Positions 10,641 through 20,675 of a stretch of 64,000 bases of DNA are shown here, in pieces. Source of the DNA: Alphaproteobacteria bacterium (lineage in GTDB: Bacteria; Pseudomonadota; Alphaproteobacteria; Bin95). The notes beneath the pieces are model-generated. The model made no database searches. It saw only the letters and a list, made by a program, of their open reading frames with translations, and was not told the origin of the DNA. Made by a program: the position numbers and the translations under genes. Every line of letters begins with the position of its first letter. Position 1 is the stretch's first letter. The DNA lies in NCBI GenBank assembly GCA_965205265.1, contig CBDBGH010000003.1:3104001-3168000 (forward strand), given 5' to 3'.

Positions 10641-10747
10641 TTCGCAGGGGCCGGAGTCCGCCTCGCCAACTCAGGTCAGCGCCTCCGACAACCGCCGCGA
10701 ACGCCCGCAATCAGCTGCCCGCAACCAACCGAATTCCGGGCTATCGG

Positions 10748-11737
10748 TCAGCCTGCGGTTTCGCCTGTCGTGAGCACAATCTTGCCGGCGACCTTGCGGG
10801 AGAGAAGGCGGCGCAAGGCGTCGGCCGCCCCTTCGAGCGGCCAGGTCTCGGCAATGCGCGGCTTCAGCGCGCCGTCCTCGTAAAGCCTGAAGAGACCGGC
10901 GAAGCTCTGTTGCAGCCGCTCGGGCTCGCGTTCCCGGTGCGAGCTCCAGTAAACGCCGATGGCGGCTATGTTCTTGACCAGCAGCAGGTTGGCCGGGGCC
11001 TGCGGAATGCGCCCGGCCGCAAAGCCGACCACCAGCAGCCGCCCGCCCCAGGCGATGCAGCGCATGGAAGCATCGAAGACATCGCCGCCCACGGGATCGT
11101 AGATCACATCCGCGCCGCGGCCCTCCGTCAGGTCCCTCACCCGCGCGCGGATATCCTCGCTCCTGTAGTCGATGCCGTGGTCCGCGCCGTGTTCGAGGGC
11201 GACGGCCAGCTTTTCCGGCCCGCCGGCGGTCGCGATGACGGTCGCGCCCATGGCCTTGCCGATCTCGACCGCGGTGAGCCCGACGCCTCCGGCCGCGCCG
11301 TGCACCAGCAGGGTCTCGCCGGCCTTGAGGCCGCCGCGATGGTCGAGGCCGATATGGCTCGTGCCATAGGTCACGGGAAAGCCTGCCGCGGTGACGAAGT
11401 CCATGCTCTCCGGCAGGCGGTAAACATGAACGGCGGGCACGCAGACCTGCTCGCGATAAGCGCCGTAGTCCATCACCGCCATCACGCGCTCGCCGATCTC
11501 CCGGCCCTCGACGCCGGGCCCGAGCGCATCGATATGCCCCGCGCATTCGAAGCCGGGGCTGAAGGGAAAGTCGGGCCTCGTCTGGTATTGGCCGGCGGCC
11601 ACAAGGGAGTCCGCGAAATTGACGCCGATGGCCGCGGCGCGCACCCGCACCTCGCCGGGGCCGGGCTCGTCCGGGGCGATGTCCTCGACGGTGACCGCGT
11701 CGATCCCGTCGAAGGACCGGCAAAGCACTGCGCGCAT
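10748..11737 (-). CDS. NADPH:quinone oxidoreductase (MDR family)
   Basis: GVNFAD, PGFECAG, HGAAGGVG, YDPVGG. Confidence 0.92.
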   Translation of the reverse strand: MRAVLCRSFDGIDAVTVEDIAPDEPGPGEVRVRAAAIGVNFADSLVAAGQYQTRPDFPFSPGFECAGHIDALGPGVEGREIGERVMAVMDYGAYREQVCVPAVHVYRLPESMDFVTAAGFPVTYGTSHIGLDHRGGLKAGETLLVHGAAGGVGLTAVEIGKAMGATVIATAGGPEKLAVALEHGADHGIDYRSEDIRARVRDLTEGRGADVIYDPVGGDVFDASMRCIAWGGRLLVVGFAAGRIPQAPANLLLVKNIAAIGVYWSSHREREPERLQQSFAGLFRLYEDGALKPRIAETWPLEGAADALRRLLSRKVAGKIVLTTGETAG

Positions 11738-12435
11738 CAGCGCAGCACCCGGCCCAGCATCGCCTCGGAGCGCCCGTTGGCGAGTTCCTTCATGGCCCTG
11801 ACCTCGGTGACCGCGCCTTCGCGCGCGAAAGCATGGTCGGTTTCCGGATATGTATAGATTTCGGCGCCTTCATGGCCGGCCAGCGCCGCCGCGGTGGCAT
11901 CGCGGACCGGCGCGGGCGTCCAGGGGTCCGCCTCGCCGATATGCAGCATGACGGGCCGCGCGATCCGCGCCGCCTCGTCCAGATAGTCCTCTATGCCGAC
12001 GCCGTAATAGGAGATGTCGCAATCCGCCTCGCCGCGCGCGGCATGCAGGAAGGCGAGCAGCCCGCCAAGGCAGTAGCCCTGCGTCGCGACCCTGCCGTTG
12101 CATTCGGGCATGTCCCTGAGTCGCGCAACCGCCGCCGCCGTGTCCGAGACCGCGAGATCGACATCGAAGTCCGAGCGCGTCGCGAGCGCCCGGTCCCGGT
12201 GGCCCGGGGTTTCCGGGTCGAGCTCGAATTCCGGGTCGATGCGCCAGTAAAGCTTCGGGCAGACGGCGAGGAAGCCCCTGCCGGCCCAGTAGTCGGCAAT
12301 CGCGCGCATGAAGCGGTTGACGCCGAACACCTCGTTCAGCAGCAGGAGGCCGGGCGCGGGCCCGCCGGCGTCGGGGAAGGCCGCATAGGCGCCGAAGGTC
12401 TCGCCGGCGCTGGTGGTGATCGTAAGCTCGGACAT
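11737..12435 (-). CDS. Dienelactone hydrolase family protein
   Basis: EVFGVN, GYCLGG, SYYG, HAF. Confidence 0.9.
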   Translation of the reverse strand: MSELTITTSAGETFGAYAAFPDAGGPAPGLLLLNEVFGVNRFMRAIADYWAGRGFLAVCPKLYWRIDPEFELDPETPGHRDRALATRSDFDVDLAVSDTAAAVARLRDMPECNGRVATQGYCLGGLLAFLHAARGEADCDISYYGVGIEDYLDEAARIARPVMLHIGEADPWTPAPVRDATAAALAGHEGAEIYTYPETDHAFAREGAVTEVRAMKELANGRSEAMLGRVLR

Positions 12436-12557
12436 GGAGTGAAGGGCCTCGTTGCGGGGAGCGGCGCGCATTGTAGCAGGCGGTTTCGGCACGGCGGACA
12501 TCCGGGTCGTTTTGCGTGACAATGGGCAGGCTGGTAGAGACAGGGGGAGCCGAAGGC

Positions 12558-13391
12558 ATGGCCGAGCTCGAAGGGAAGACCGCCGTCATCACGGGGGGTG
12601 CCAGCGGGATCGGCGAGGCGACGGCGCGGCTGTTCACCGCCGAGGGCGCGCGGGTCGTGATCGCCGACATGCAGCGCGAGCGGGGCGAGGCGCTGGCGGA
12701 AGAGCTCGGCGAGGCGGCGCTGTTCGCACCCTGCGAGGTCCGCGACGAGGCGGAGGTGAAGGCGGCCGTCGATCTGGCGCTCGACCGCTGGGGGCGGCTC
12801 GACTGCATGTTCAACAATGCCGGCTTCGGCGGCGCCCTCGGGCCGCTGGAGGCGATTCCGGCGGAGGAGTTCGACCTGTCCTTCGATGTGCTGGTGCGCG
12901 GCGTCTTCCTCGGCATGAAGCACGCCATCCCGGCGATGAAGGCGCAGGGCTCGGGCAGCATCGTCAACACGGGCAGCATCGCCGGCATCACGGCCGGGCG
13001 GGGCCCGCAGGTCTATTCGGCCGCCAAGGCGGCCGTGGTGCATCTTTCCAGGGTCTCCGCGATGGAACTCGGCGAGCACTCGGTCCGGGTGAATTGCGTC
13101 TGCCCCGGCTATATCGCGACACCGCTTTCGGCCAACACGGTCGGCAGGCCGGACAGCCTGATCGAGGAGCGGCTCGACGACTACGCCCTGCAGCAGCCGA
13201 TCCCGCGCGTCGGCCGGCCGCGCGACATTGCCGAAACCGTGCTGTTCCTGGCGAGCGACCGGTCGAGCTTCGTCACCGGCCAGGCGATCACCGTGGATGG
13301 TGGCGCGGCCACAGGCGTGCTCTGGCGCGACCAGAAACCCTTCTACAAGCAATACCGCCCCATCCGCGTCTATCATCCCGACCGCCGCTAG
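12558..13391 (+). CDS. Short-chain dehydrogenase/reductase
   Basis: TGGASGIG, NNAG, YSAAK. Confidence 0.93.
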   Translation: MAELEGKTAVITGGASGIGEATARLFTAEGARVVIADMQRERGEALAEELGEAALFAPCEVRDEAEVKAAVDLALDRWGRLDCMFNNAGFGGALGPLEAIPAEEFDLSFDVLVRGVFLGMKHAIPAMKAQGSGSIVNTGSIAGITAGRGPQVYSAAKAAVVHLSRVSAMELGEHSVRVNCVCPGYIATPLSANTVGRPDSLIEERLDDYALQQPIPRVGRPRDIAETVLFLASDRSSFVTGQAITVDGGAATGVLWRDQKPFYKQYRPIRVYHPDRR

Positions 13392-13396
13392 GGCCG

Positions 13397-14344
13397 GTGC
13401 CGCTCTTCGACACTCACATCGTCGTGGACTGGTCGGCGCGCTCGAAGCCGAGTCCGGCCCGGCCGAGCCGCGACTCGATCTGGTGGGCCGCAGTACGAGA
13501 CGGGCGGGCGCTCAAGCCCGAATATATGCGCACGCGCCACGATGCCGTCGAACGCCTTGCCGTCTTCGTCGCCGGGGAACTGGATGCCGGGCGCCGCGTT
13601 CTGGCCGGCTTCGATTTCCCGTTCGGCTATCCGGCGGGCGTTGCCGAACGCCTGACGGGCCGGGCCTCTGCCTGTGCGCTTTGGGACTGGCTTGCGGAGC
13701 GGGTGGAGGACAAGCCGGACAATGGTAACAACCGCTTTGCCGTAGCCGAGGAGATGAACCGATGCTGGCCGGGCGTCGGGCCGTTCTGGGGCCGCCCGCC
13801 GGCATGGCGTTACCCGCAAATCCCGGTCCGGGCGCGCGACCGCACCTGCCGGGAAGGGCGCCCGGCGGAGCGCCGTATCGCCGACAGGCGGGCAAAGGAG
13901 GCCAAAACCGTCTGGCAATTGGCCTATTCCGGCTCCGTCGGCTCGCAGGTGCTTGTGGGCCTGCCGGCCTTGAAACGGCTGCTGGCGGACCCGCGCATCG
14001 GCGGGCGCGGCGGGGTCTGGCCCTTCGATACCGGGCTGAGGCCGCCGGATACCTGCAAAGCGCCGCTCGTGCTCGCGGAAATCTACCCCTCGCTTCTCCG
14101 GAAAGAGGTTGCCGAACGCCGGGGCGACGGCGAAATCCTCGACTGCGCCCAGGTCCGCGTCAACGCAGCGGCATTTGCGCGGCTGGACAGGCGGGGCGGC
14201 CTTGCGCCACTGTTCGGGGGCGCGCCCGATCTTGGGCCGAATGAACGCCGCCTGATCGAACGAGAAGAGGCATGGATACTCGGCCTCGGCCATGAGGACG
14301 GGATTCGCGACGCTGCGAGAACGGATTGCCATGAACAGGGATAA
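13397..14344 (+). CDS. Conserved hypothetical protein, DUF429-like (predicted RNase H fold)
   Basis: VVDWSA, GFDFPFGYP, GSVGSQ, EIYPS, LDCAQV, EEAWILG; GTG start inferred. Confidence 0.7.
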   Translation: MPLFDTHIVVDWSARSKPSPARPSRDSIWWAAVRDGRALKPEYMRTRHDAVERLAVFVAGELDAGRRVLAGFDFPFGYPAGVAERLTGRASACALWDWLAERVEDKPDNGNNRFAVAEEMNRCWPGVGPFWGRPPAWRYPQIPVRARDRTCREGRPAERRIADRRAKEAKTVWQLAYSGSVGSQVLVGLPALKRLLADPRIGGRGGVWPFDTGLRPPDTCKAPLVLAEIYPSLLRKEVAERRGDGEILDCAQVRVNAAAFARLDRRGGLAPLFGGAPDLGPNERRLIEREEAWILGLGHEDGIRDAARTDCHEQG

Positions 14345-16409
14345 CCCCGCCTGCCGCATCGGCGTCGATGTCGGCGGGACCTTTACCGATGTCGTCATCG
14401 ACCATGCCGGCGCGCGCACCTCCGCCAAGGTGCCGACGACGGCCGATGCACCCGAAACCGGGGTGATCGAGGGCATCGGCGCAGCGCTCGAACGCGCCGG
14501 CATTGCGCCGGAAGCGGTCGATCTCGTCATCCACGGCACGACGCTCGCCACCAATGCGCTGATCGAGCGCAAGGGGGCGAGGACCGCGCTGCTGACCACC
14601 GAGGGGTTCCGCGACTCCATCGAGATGGCCTATGAGCACCGGTTCGAGCAATACGACCTCTATATGGAGCGCCCGGAGCCGCTGGTGCCGCGCGAACTCC
14701 GTCTCGGCGTGCCGGAGCGGCTGGCGGCCGACGGCGCCCTGCTCATGGCGCTCGACGAGGCGGCGGTCGCCGCCCATGCCGCGTTTTTCCGCGAGGAGGG
14801 CGTCGAGGCGGTCGCCGTCGGCTTCCTGCATTCCTATGTGGACGATTCCCACGAGCGCCGCGCGGCCGCCATCCTGAGCCGGGAACTGCCGGGGGCGACG
14901 ATCTGCCTGTCGTCAGAAGTGTCGCCGGAGATCCGCGAATACGACCGCCTTTCGACCACGGTCGCCAATGCCTATGTCCGCCCGCTGATCGCGGGCTATG
15001 TCGGCCGGCTGGAAGCCGCGCTGCGGGAACGCGGGCTCGCCTGCCCGCTGCTGCTCACCATGTCGAGCGGCGCGGTGACGACGGTGGAGACGGCGCAGCG
15101 CTTCCCGATCCGGCTGGTGGAGTCCGGCCCGGCCGGCGGCGCCGTGCTCGCCCGCAATGTCGCCGCCGAGCACGGCCTCGACAAGGCGCTCTCCTTCGAC
15201 ATGGGCGGCACCACGGCGAAAATCTGCCTGATCGACGACTACCGCCCGCAACTGTCGCGCAATTTCGAGGTGGCGCGGCAATACCGGTTCCTGAAGGGCA
15301 GCGGACTGCCGCTGCGCATCCCGGCCATCGAGATGGTCGAGATCGGCGCGGGCGGCGGCTCCATCGCGCGCACCGATGCGCTCCGGCGGATCGTCGTCGG
15401 CCCCGACAGCGCGGGCGCCGCCCCGGGCCCGGCCTGCTACGGGCGCGGCGGCGAGGCGCCGACCGTGACCGACGCGGACCTGATGCTGGGGCGCATCGAC
15501 CCGGCCCGGTTCGCCGGCGGGACCATGGCGCTGGACAGGGATGCCGCCCTCCATGCCGTCCGGCGCGATGTGGGCGGCCCGCTGGGCATGACGGACGAGG
15601 TGGCCGCAGCCGGCGTCAGTGAGATCGTGGACGAGGCCATGGCCAATGCCGCCCGCGTCCACGCGATCGAGAGCGGCAAGCCGCTGGGCGGGCGGGCGCT
15701 CATCGCATTCGGCGGCGCCGCCCCGCTCCACGCCGCGCGCCTCGCCGTCAAGCTCGGGATCGGCACGGTGGTCGTGCCGCCGGGGGCGGGTGTGGGCTCG
15801 GCCATCGGCTTCCTGTCCGCGCCCATCGCCTATGAGGTCGTGCGCTCGCGCTTCATGGCGCTCGACAATTTCGCGCCGGCGGTCGTGGATGCGCTGTTCG
15901 ACGAGATGCGCGTGGAAGCGGAAGCCGTGGTGCGGCTCGGCGCGCCCGACGCCGAACTGGAGGAGGTGCGGACCGGCTACATGCGCTATCGCGGCCAGGG
16001 CCATGAGATTGCGGTCGAGCTGCCGGAACGCGCCGACGCGGAAGAATACCGCCGCCGCTTCGACGACGCCTATCGCCGTCTCTACGGCCGCACCATCCCG
16101 GCGCTGGAGGTGGAGGCGATGTCCTGGAGCCTGGCGCTCGGGGCTGCGGACCGGTTGCCGGCCCGCCTGCCTGCGGCGGCTCCTACGGACGCCGGCCCGC
16201 CTTCCGGCCGGCGGATGCTTTACAACACGGAGTCGGGCGGGCCGGTAAAGGCGGTCGTCCACGCGCGCGCCGACCTCGCGCCCGGCGTCCGGCTTGCCGG
16301 CCCGGCGGTCGTGGTAGAGGATGAAACCGCCACCGTCGCGCCGGAAGGCTTCGACCTCACGGTCGCCGCTTCCGGCGCCCTGGTGCTGACGCGGAGGACG
16401 CCTGCGTGA
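14331..16409 (+). CDS. Hydantoinase/oxoprolinase subunit A
   Basis: IGVDVGGTFTD, HGTTLATNALIER, ESGPAGG, DMGGTT, IGAGGGSI. Confidence 0.95.
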   Translation: MNRDNPACRIGVDVGGTFTDVVIDHAGARTSAKVPTTADAPETGVIEGIGAALERAGIAPEAVDLVIHGTTLATNALIERKGARTALLTTEGFRDSIEMAYEHRFEQYDLYMERPEPLVPRELRLGVPERLAADGALLMALDEAAVAAHAAFFREEGVEAVAVGFLHSYVDDSHERRAAAILSRELPGATICLSSEVSPEIREYDRLSTTVANAYVRPLIAGYVGRLEAALRERGLACPLLLTMSSGAVTTVETAQRFPIRLVESGPAGGAVLARNVAAEHGLDKALSFDMGGTTAKICLIDDYRPQLSRNFEVARQYRFLKGSGLPLRIPAIEMVEIGAGGGSIARTDALRRIVVGPDSAGAAPGPACYGRGGEAPTVTDADLMLGRIDPARFAGGTMALDRDAALHAVRRDVGGPLGMTDEVAAAGVSEIVDEAMANAARVHAIESGKPLGGRALIAFGGAAPLHAARLAVKLGIGTVVVPPGAGVGSAIGFLSAPIAYEVVRSRFMALDNFAPAVVDALFDEMRVEAEAVVRLGAPDAELEEVRTGYMRYRGQGHEIAVELPERADAEEYRRRFDDAYRRLYGRTIPALEVEAMSWSLALGAADRLPARLPAAAPTDAGPPSGRRMLYNTESGGPVKAVVHARADLAPGVRLAGPAVVVEDETATVAPEGFDLTVAASGALVLTRRTPA

Positions 16410-17648
16410 ACCCGGATTCCCTGAGGCTCGACGATGCCGAACTCGCCCGCCTCGCGGCTGGCGGGGAGAGCGCGCGGGTCGAGTTCAAGGAACGGCTTTC
16501 AGGCAGCGCAACCAGGCAGATCGAAGAGGCGATCTGCGCTTTCGCAAATGATTTAGGAGGTAGCGGCAAGCCCGGCATTGTAATAGTCGGCCTTCGGGAC
16601 GATGGTACGCCGGCCCATACCGCAATTACGGACGAACTGCTTCTTACGCTTACGAATATTCGTAGCAACGGCGATGTATTGCCGCCGCCGATGCTGCTAG
16701 TGGAGAGACGCCACATGATTGGTGTCGAGGTCGCAGTCGTAGCTGTCGCGCCCTCCAGACTCTCCTCCCGTGCGCTGCCGTGGCCGCATCCATGTCCGCA
16801 GCGGCCCGAGACGCGGCATCGCCACGGCACAGGAAGAGCGTGTGCTGAATGAGCGTCGGCGTTTCGCAGACCGGCCGTTCGATCTTCGACCGATTGCGAG
16901 TGCCGATCTCTCTGATTTGAACCGGCGACAATTCGAAGACGAATATTTGCCCGCCGCTGTTGCCCCTGACGTGCTTGAGATGAATGACCGCAGTTACCAG
17001 CAACAGCTTGAGGCCACGAAGATGGTCACAGTAATTGAAGACCCACAGCCAACGCTGGTCGGTCTTCTTGTATTAGGGATCAGTCCGCGTGATTTTATAG
17101 ATGGCGCTCGAGTTCAATTTCTTCGCATAGATGGCAAAGAATTCGGTGACGAAATTATCGACACCATGACGATAGATGGCACCGTTTTGGATATGGTGAG
17201 GCAGCTTGAGGACAAGCTGCGTTCTCACAACTACCATAGTGTAGATTTCATGGGTGCCGATCGTGAACATCGTCAGGAATTTTACCCACTCCCTGCATTA
17301 CAACAATTATTCCGAAACGCCTTGATACACCGTAGCTACGAAGGCACCAAAGCGCCGGTCCAAGTAACCTGGTTCAATGACCGAATTGAGATTCAGAGTC
17401 CTGGCGGCCCATATGGTCAAGTCACTATAGACAATTTTGGTGATCCTGGTAAGGTCGATTACAGGAACCCGAATCTTGCGGAGGCTATGCGAAATCTTGG
17501 ATATGTTCAGCGGTTCGGTGCTGGAATTGGCACGGCTCAACGTCTCCTGCGCCAATCAGGTCACATGGAGGCGCAATTCGATGTCAATCAAACACATGTT
17601 CTTGTTACGGTAATGTCAGCCACCAGCACGACGGGAGAAGAGAAATGA
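16406..17648 (+). pseudogene. Schlafen/AlbA_2 domain plus HATPase_c_4 (RecG C-terminal-like) protein, split by a +1 frameshift near 16757
   Basis: ORF 16406..16852 has GESARVEFKE...ICAFAND...VGLRDDG; ORF 16770..17648 has RNALIHRSY, DRIEIQSPGG, YRNPNLA, VQRFGAGI; removing one base gives continuous VAPSDSPPVRCRGRIHVR (about 413 aa). Confidence 0.8.
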
Positions 17649-18676
17649 GCGTGCCCGTCCTTACCTTTTTCAACAACAAGGGAGGTGTGGGAAAGACCTC
17701 GTTGGTCTATCACCTTGCATGGATGCTTTCTGAGCAAGCAAAGCGAATTCTGGCTGGCGATTTGGACCCGCAGGCGAATCTCACGGCGTCCTTTGTGGAT
17801 GATGAGTCTCTAGAGCCTCTGTGGATCGGTAGTTCCGACGACTCGAACGCCACAATTTATCAATGCGTACAGCCGTTGGCGGCGGTTGGCGATCTGAAAC
17901 GGCCTGCAATCCATATGATTTCAAACGCGCTTGGCGTCATCCCCGGGGATTTGGCGCTGTCCAGCTTCGAGGAACGGCTGTCTGTAGAATGGCCTAACGC
18001 GCTCGGTTCAAGCAGCTTGTTTCGACCGTTCAGGGTGCTGACCGCGTTTTGGCAGGTGATGCAGATGGGCGCGGAGCAGATGCAGGCCGACATGATCCTG
18101 GTGGATGTCGGGCCCAATCTCGGCGCCATCAACCGCTCGGCATTGATTGCGACGGACTATGTTGTCGTGCCTGTCGCTGCCGACATGTTTTCCCTTCAGG
18201 GGTTGCGCAATCTTGTGCCGACCCTGAGAGGATGGCGGGAAGAATGGCGCCGGCGTAAGGAAAATTGGCCGTCCCCCGACTTTCCCTTGCCGAGTGGCGG
18301 GATGCGGCCGATTGGGTATGTGGTGCAGCAGCATGGCGAACGCCAGGGCAGGCCCGTGAAGGCATATGGAAAATGGGTCGAGAGAATCCCCAGGGAATAC
18401 GCCCGTATCGTGGACGGCGAAGAAGGCCGGAGCATAGCCGACCTGCCGGAGGGCGACGCCAATTGTCTGGCGACAGTCCGACACTACCGCAGCCTGGTGC
18501 CTATGGCCCAAGAGGCGCGAAAGCCGATCTTTGCGTTGAAACCTGCCGATGGCGCCATTGGTAGCCATGCTGCTGCGACCATCAAGGCTTACGGTGACTT
18601 TCGTGACCTGGCCGGACGCATCGCGGATCAGGTGGAACGGATGGAACTGGAACAGAGGGAAAGGGCAGACGGATGA
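17645..18676 (+). CDS. Orphan ParA/MinD-family ATPase (AAA_31)
   Basis: Deviant Walker A FNNKGGVGKT, DLDPQANLT, DVGPNLG; no parB nearby. Confidence 0.9.
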   Translation: MSVPVLTFFNNKGGVGKTSLVYHLAWMLSEQAKRILAGDLDPQANLTASFVDDESLEPLWIGSSDDSNATIYQCVQPLAAVGDLKRPAIHMISNALGVIPGDLALSSFEERLSVEWPNALGSSSLFRPFRVLTAFWQVMQMGAEQMQADMILVDVGPNLGAINRSALIATDYVVVPVAADMFSLQGLRNLVPTLRGWREEWRRRKENWPSPDFPLPSGGMRPIGYVVQQHGERQGRPVKAYGKWVERIPREYARIVDGEEGRSIADLPEGDANCLATVRHYRSLVPMAQEARKPIFALKPADGAIGSHAAATIKAYGDFRDLAGRIADQVERMELEQRERADG

Positions 18677-20361
18677 CCGCGACATTCGATGACGTGCGCC
18701 ATCAGGTGATGTGGAACCGGCTGCTTTCGGTGGTCGAGGAGCAGGCGCAGACGCTCGTGCGCACGGCGTTTTCCACGTCCGCGCGGGAGGCCGGCGACAT
18801 TTCCGCGGGCGTCTTCGACCTTACAGGGCGGATGCTGGCCCAGGCGGTCACCGGCACGCCCGGCCATGTGAACTCCATGGCGCTCTCGGTGGAGCATTTC
18901 GTTGCGAAATTCCCGCCGGAGACCATGCGCGAGGGCGATGTCTTCATCACCAACGACCCGTGGAAGGGCACCGGCCACCTGAACGACTTCACCGTCGTGT
19001 CGCCGACCTTCCGCGACGGGCGGATCGTGGCGCTGTTCGCGTCCACCAGCCATGTCGTCGACGTCGGCGGCCTCGGACAAGGCCCCGACGCCCGCCAGGT
19101 CTATCAGGAGGGCCTGTTCGTGCCCCTCATGCCGTTCGCCGAAGCCGGGCGGGTGAACGAGTGGTTCCTCGAGATGGTGCGCGCCAATGTGCGCGAGCCG
19201 CGCATGGTGATCGGCGACCTCTACGCGCTTGCCGCCTGCAACGACACGGGCAGCGAGCGGCTGCTGGCGATGATGGACGAATACGGCCTCGAGGACCTTT
19301 CCGCGCTGGCGGACTTCATCGTGGACAGCAGCCGGCAGGCGATGGCCGATGCGATAGGCGCCCTGCCGCAGGGAAGCTGGAGCCACTCGATGACAATCGA
19401 CGGCTTCGACCGCGAGGTCGAACTGGTCGCGCGGCTGACGGTCGGCAACGGCGTCATCGACGTCGATTTCGACGGAACCTCCGGGCTCTCCGACTTCGGC
19501 ATCAACTGCCCGCTCTGCTACACCATCGCCTATACGAGCTTCGGCGTGAAATGCATCGTGGCGCCGGAGCTTCCCAACAATGCGGGCGCGCTCGACGCCA
19601 TCCGCGTGACGGCGCCCGAGAACTGCATCCTCAACCCGCCGCATCCCTGCGCCGTCTATGCGCGCTCCAATATCGGCCACATGCTGCCGGACGTGGTGTT
19701 CGGCTGCCTGCACCAGTCGATTCCGGACCGGGTGCCGGCGGAGGGCTGCTCGGCGCTCTGGACGCTCAGGCTCGGCGCCGGCCAGGGGATTACGGCGCGC
19801 GCCGGCTCGCAGTCCACGCCGTTCCAGATCATGAGCTTCCATTCCGGCGGCGCGGGCGCGCGGCCGGGGCTGGACGGCCTCTCGGCGACGCCCTTCCCCT
19901 CCGGCGTGCGCAACGTGCCCGTCGAGGCGACCGAGGCGATCACGCCGCTGGTGTTCTGGAAGAAGGAGCTGCGCCCCGACAGCGGCGGCGCGGGCCGGAC
20001 GCGCGGCGGCCTCGGCCAGACCATCGAGGTGGAGAACCGGGAAGGCGCGCCCTTCGGCATCTACGCCACCTTCGAGCGCACCGTGCATGCCGCGCGGGGG
20101 CGGGGCGGCGGGGGGCCCGGCGCGCTCGGGCGCCTCAGCCTCGCCTCGGGCCGGAAGCTGCGCAACAAGGGCTTCCAGGTCATCCCCGAAGGGGAGCGGC
20201 TGGTCGTCGAGATGCCGGGCGGCGGCGGGCTCGGGGACGCCGGCTCGCGGGACCCGGCGGCGGTGGAACGGGACGTGCGGCGCGGCCTGGTCAGCCCCGA
20301 AGCGGCCCGGCGGGACTACGGGTTCGATCCAGGCTCCAGCCGGACTTCGCCCAGCCGCTGA
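18673..20361 (+). CDS. Hydantoinase B/oxoprolinase subunit B
   Basis: RTAFSTSAREAGD, TNDPWKGTGHLND, HVVDVGG, DSGGAG..RGGLG, PGGGG. Confidence 0.95.
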   Translation: MTATFDDVRHQVMWNRLLSVVEEQAQTLVRTAFSTSAREAGDISAGVFDLTGRMLAQAVTGTPGHVNSMALSVEHFVAKFPPETMREGDVFITNDPWKGTGHLNDFTVVSPTFRDGRIVALFASTSHVVDVGGLGQGPDARQVYQEGLFVPLMPFAEAGRVNEWFLEMVRANVREPRMVIGDLYALAACNDTGSERLLAMMDEYGLEDLSALADFIVDSSRQAMADAIGALPQGSWSHSMTIDGFDREVELVARLTVGNGVIDVDFDGTSGLSDFGINCPLCYTIAYTSFGVKCIVAPELPNNAGALDAIRVTAPENCILNPPHPCAVYARSNIGHMLPDVVFGCLHQSIPDRVPAEGCSALWTLRLGAGQGITARAGSQSTPFQIMSFHSGGAGARPGLDGLSATPFPSGVRNVPVEATEAITPLVFWKKELRPDSGGAGRTRGGLGQTIEVENREGAPFGIYATFERTVHAARGRGGGGPGALGRLSLASGRKLRNKGFQVIPEGERLVVEMPGGGGLGDAGSRDPAAVERDVRRGLVSPEAARRDYGFDPGSSRTSPSR

Positions 20362-20597
20362 CCGGAGCGCCGGTCGAAGGTCCAGAACAGCACCGCGCCG
20401 CCCTGCTCCAGCCGGATGACCAGCTCGTCGCCGGCCACGCGCCAGTCCGTGACCTCGGCATCCTGCGGCAATTGCCAGCGGACCTCGCCGACGCCGGCAG
20501 GGGGTGCCAGGGACCGGTTGACGATCGTGACCAGGACGACCGCAACGCCGGCGACGATCGCCACGCCCATGCCTATGACCAGGGCCTTCAGACCCAT
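20316..20597 (-). CDS. Small single-TM protein typical of the position next to rluD in alphaproteobacteria (DUF6476-like)
   Basis: MGLKALVIGMGVAIVAGVAVVLVTIVNR hydrophobic N-terminus. Confidence 0.75.
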   Translation of the reverse strand: MGLKALVIGMGVAIVAGVAVVLVTIVNRSLAPPAGVGEVRWQLPQDAEVTDWRVAGDELVIRLEQGGAVLFWTFDRRSGQRLGEVRLEPGSNP

Positions 20598-20675
20598 GAA
20601 TTGCTCTCCGCCGCTCGTCCCGGCCGCGGATTTGCCATAGTTGTGCGCACAAGTCATCGCCATGGAGCGGGTTCT

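Noticed and set aside
17645-18676. ParA as a sign of a plasmid or chromosome partition locus
   Set aside because: No parB, parS or rep; the context is core chromosomal genes.
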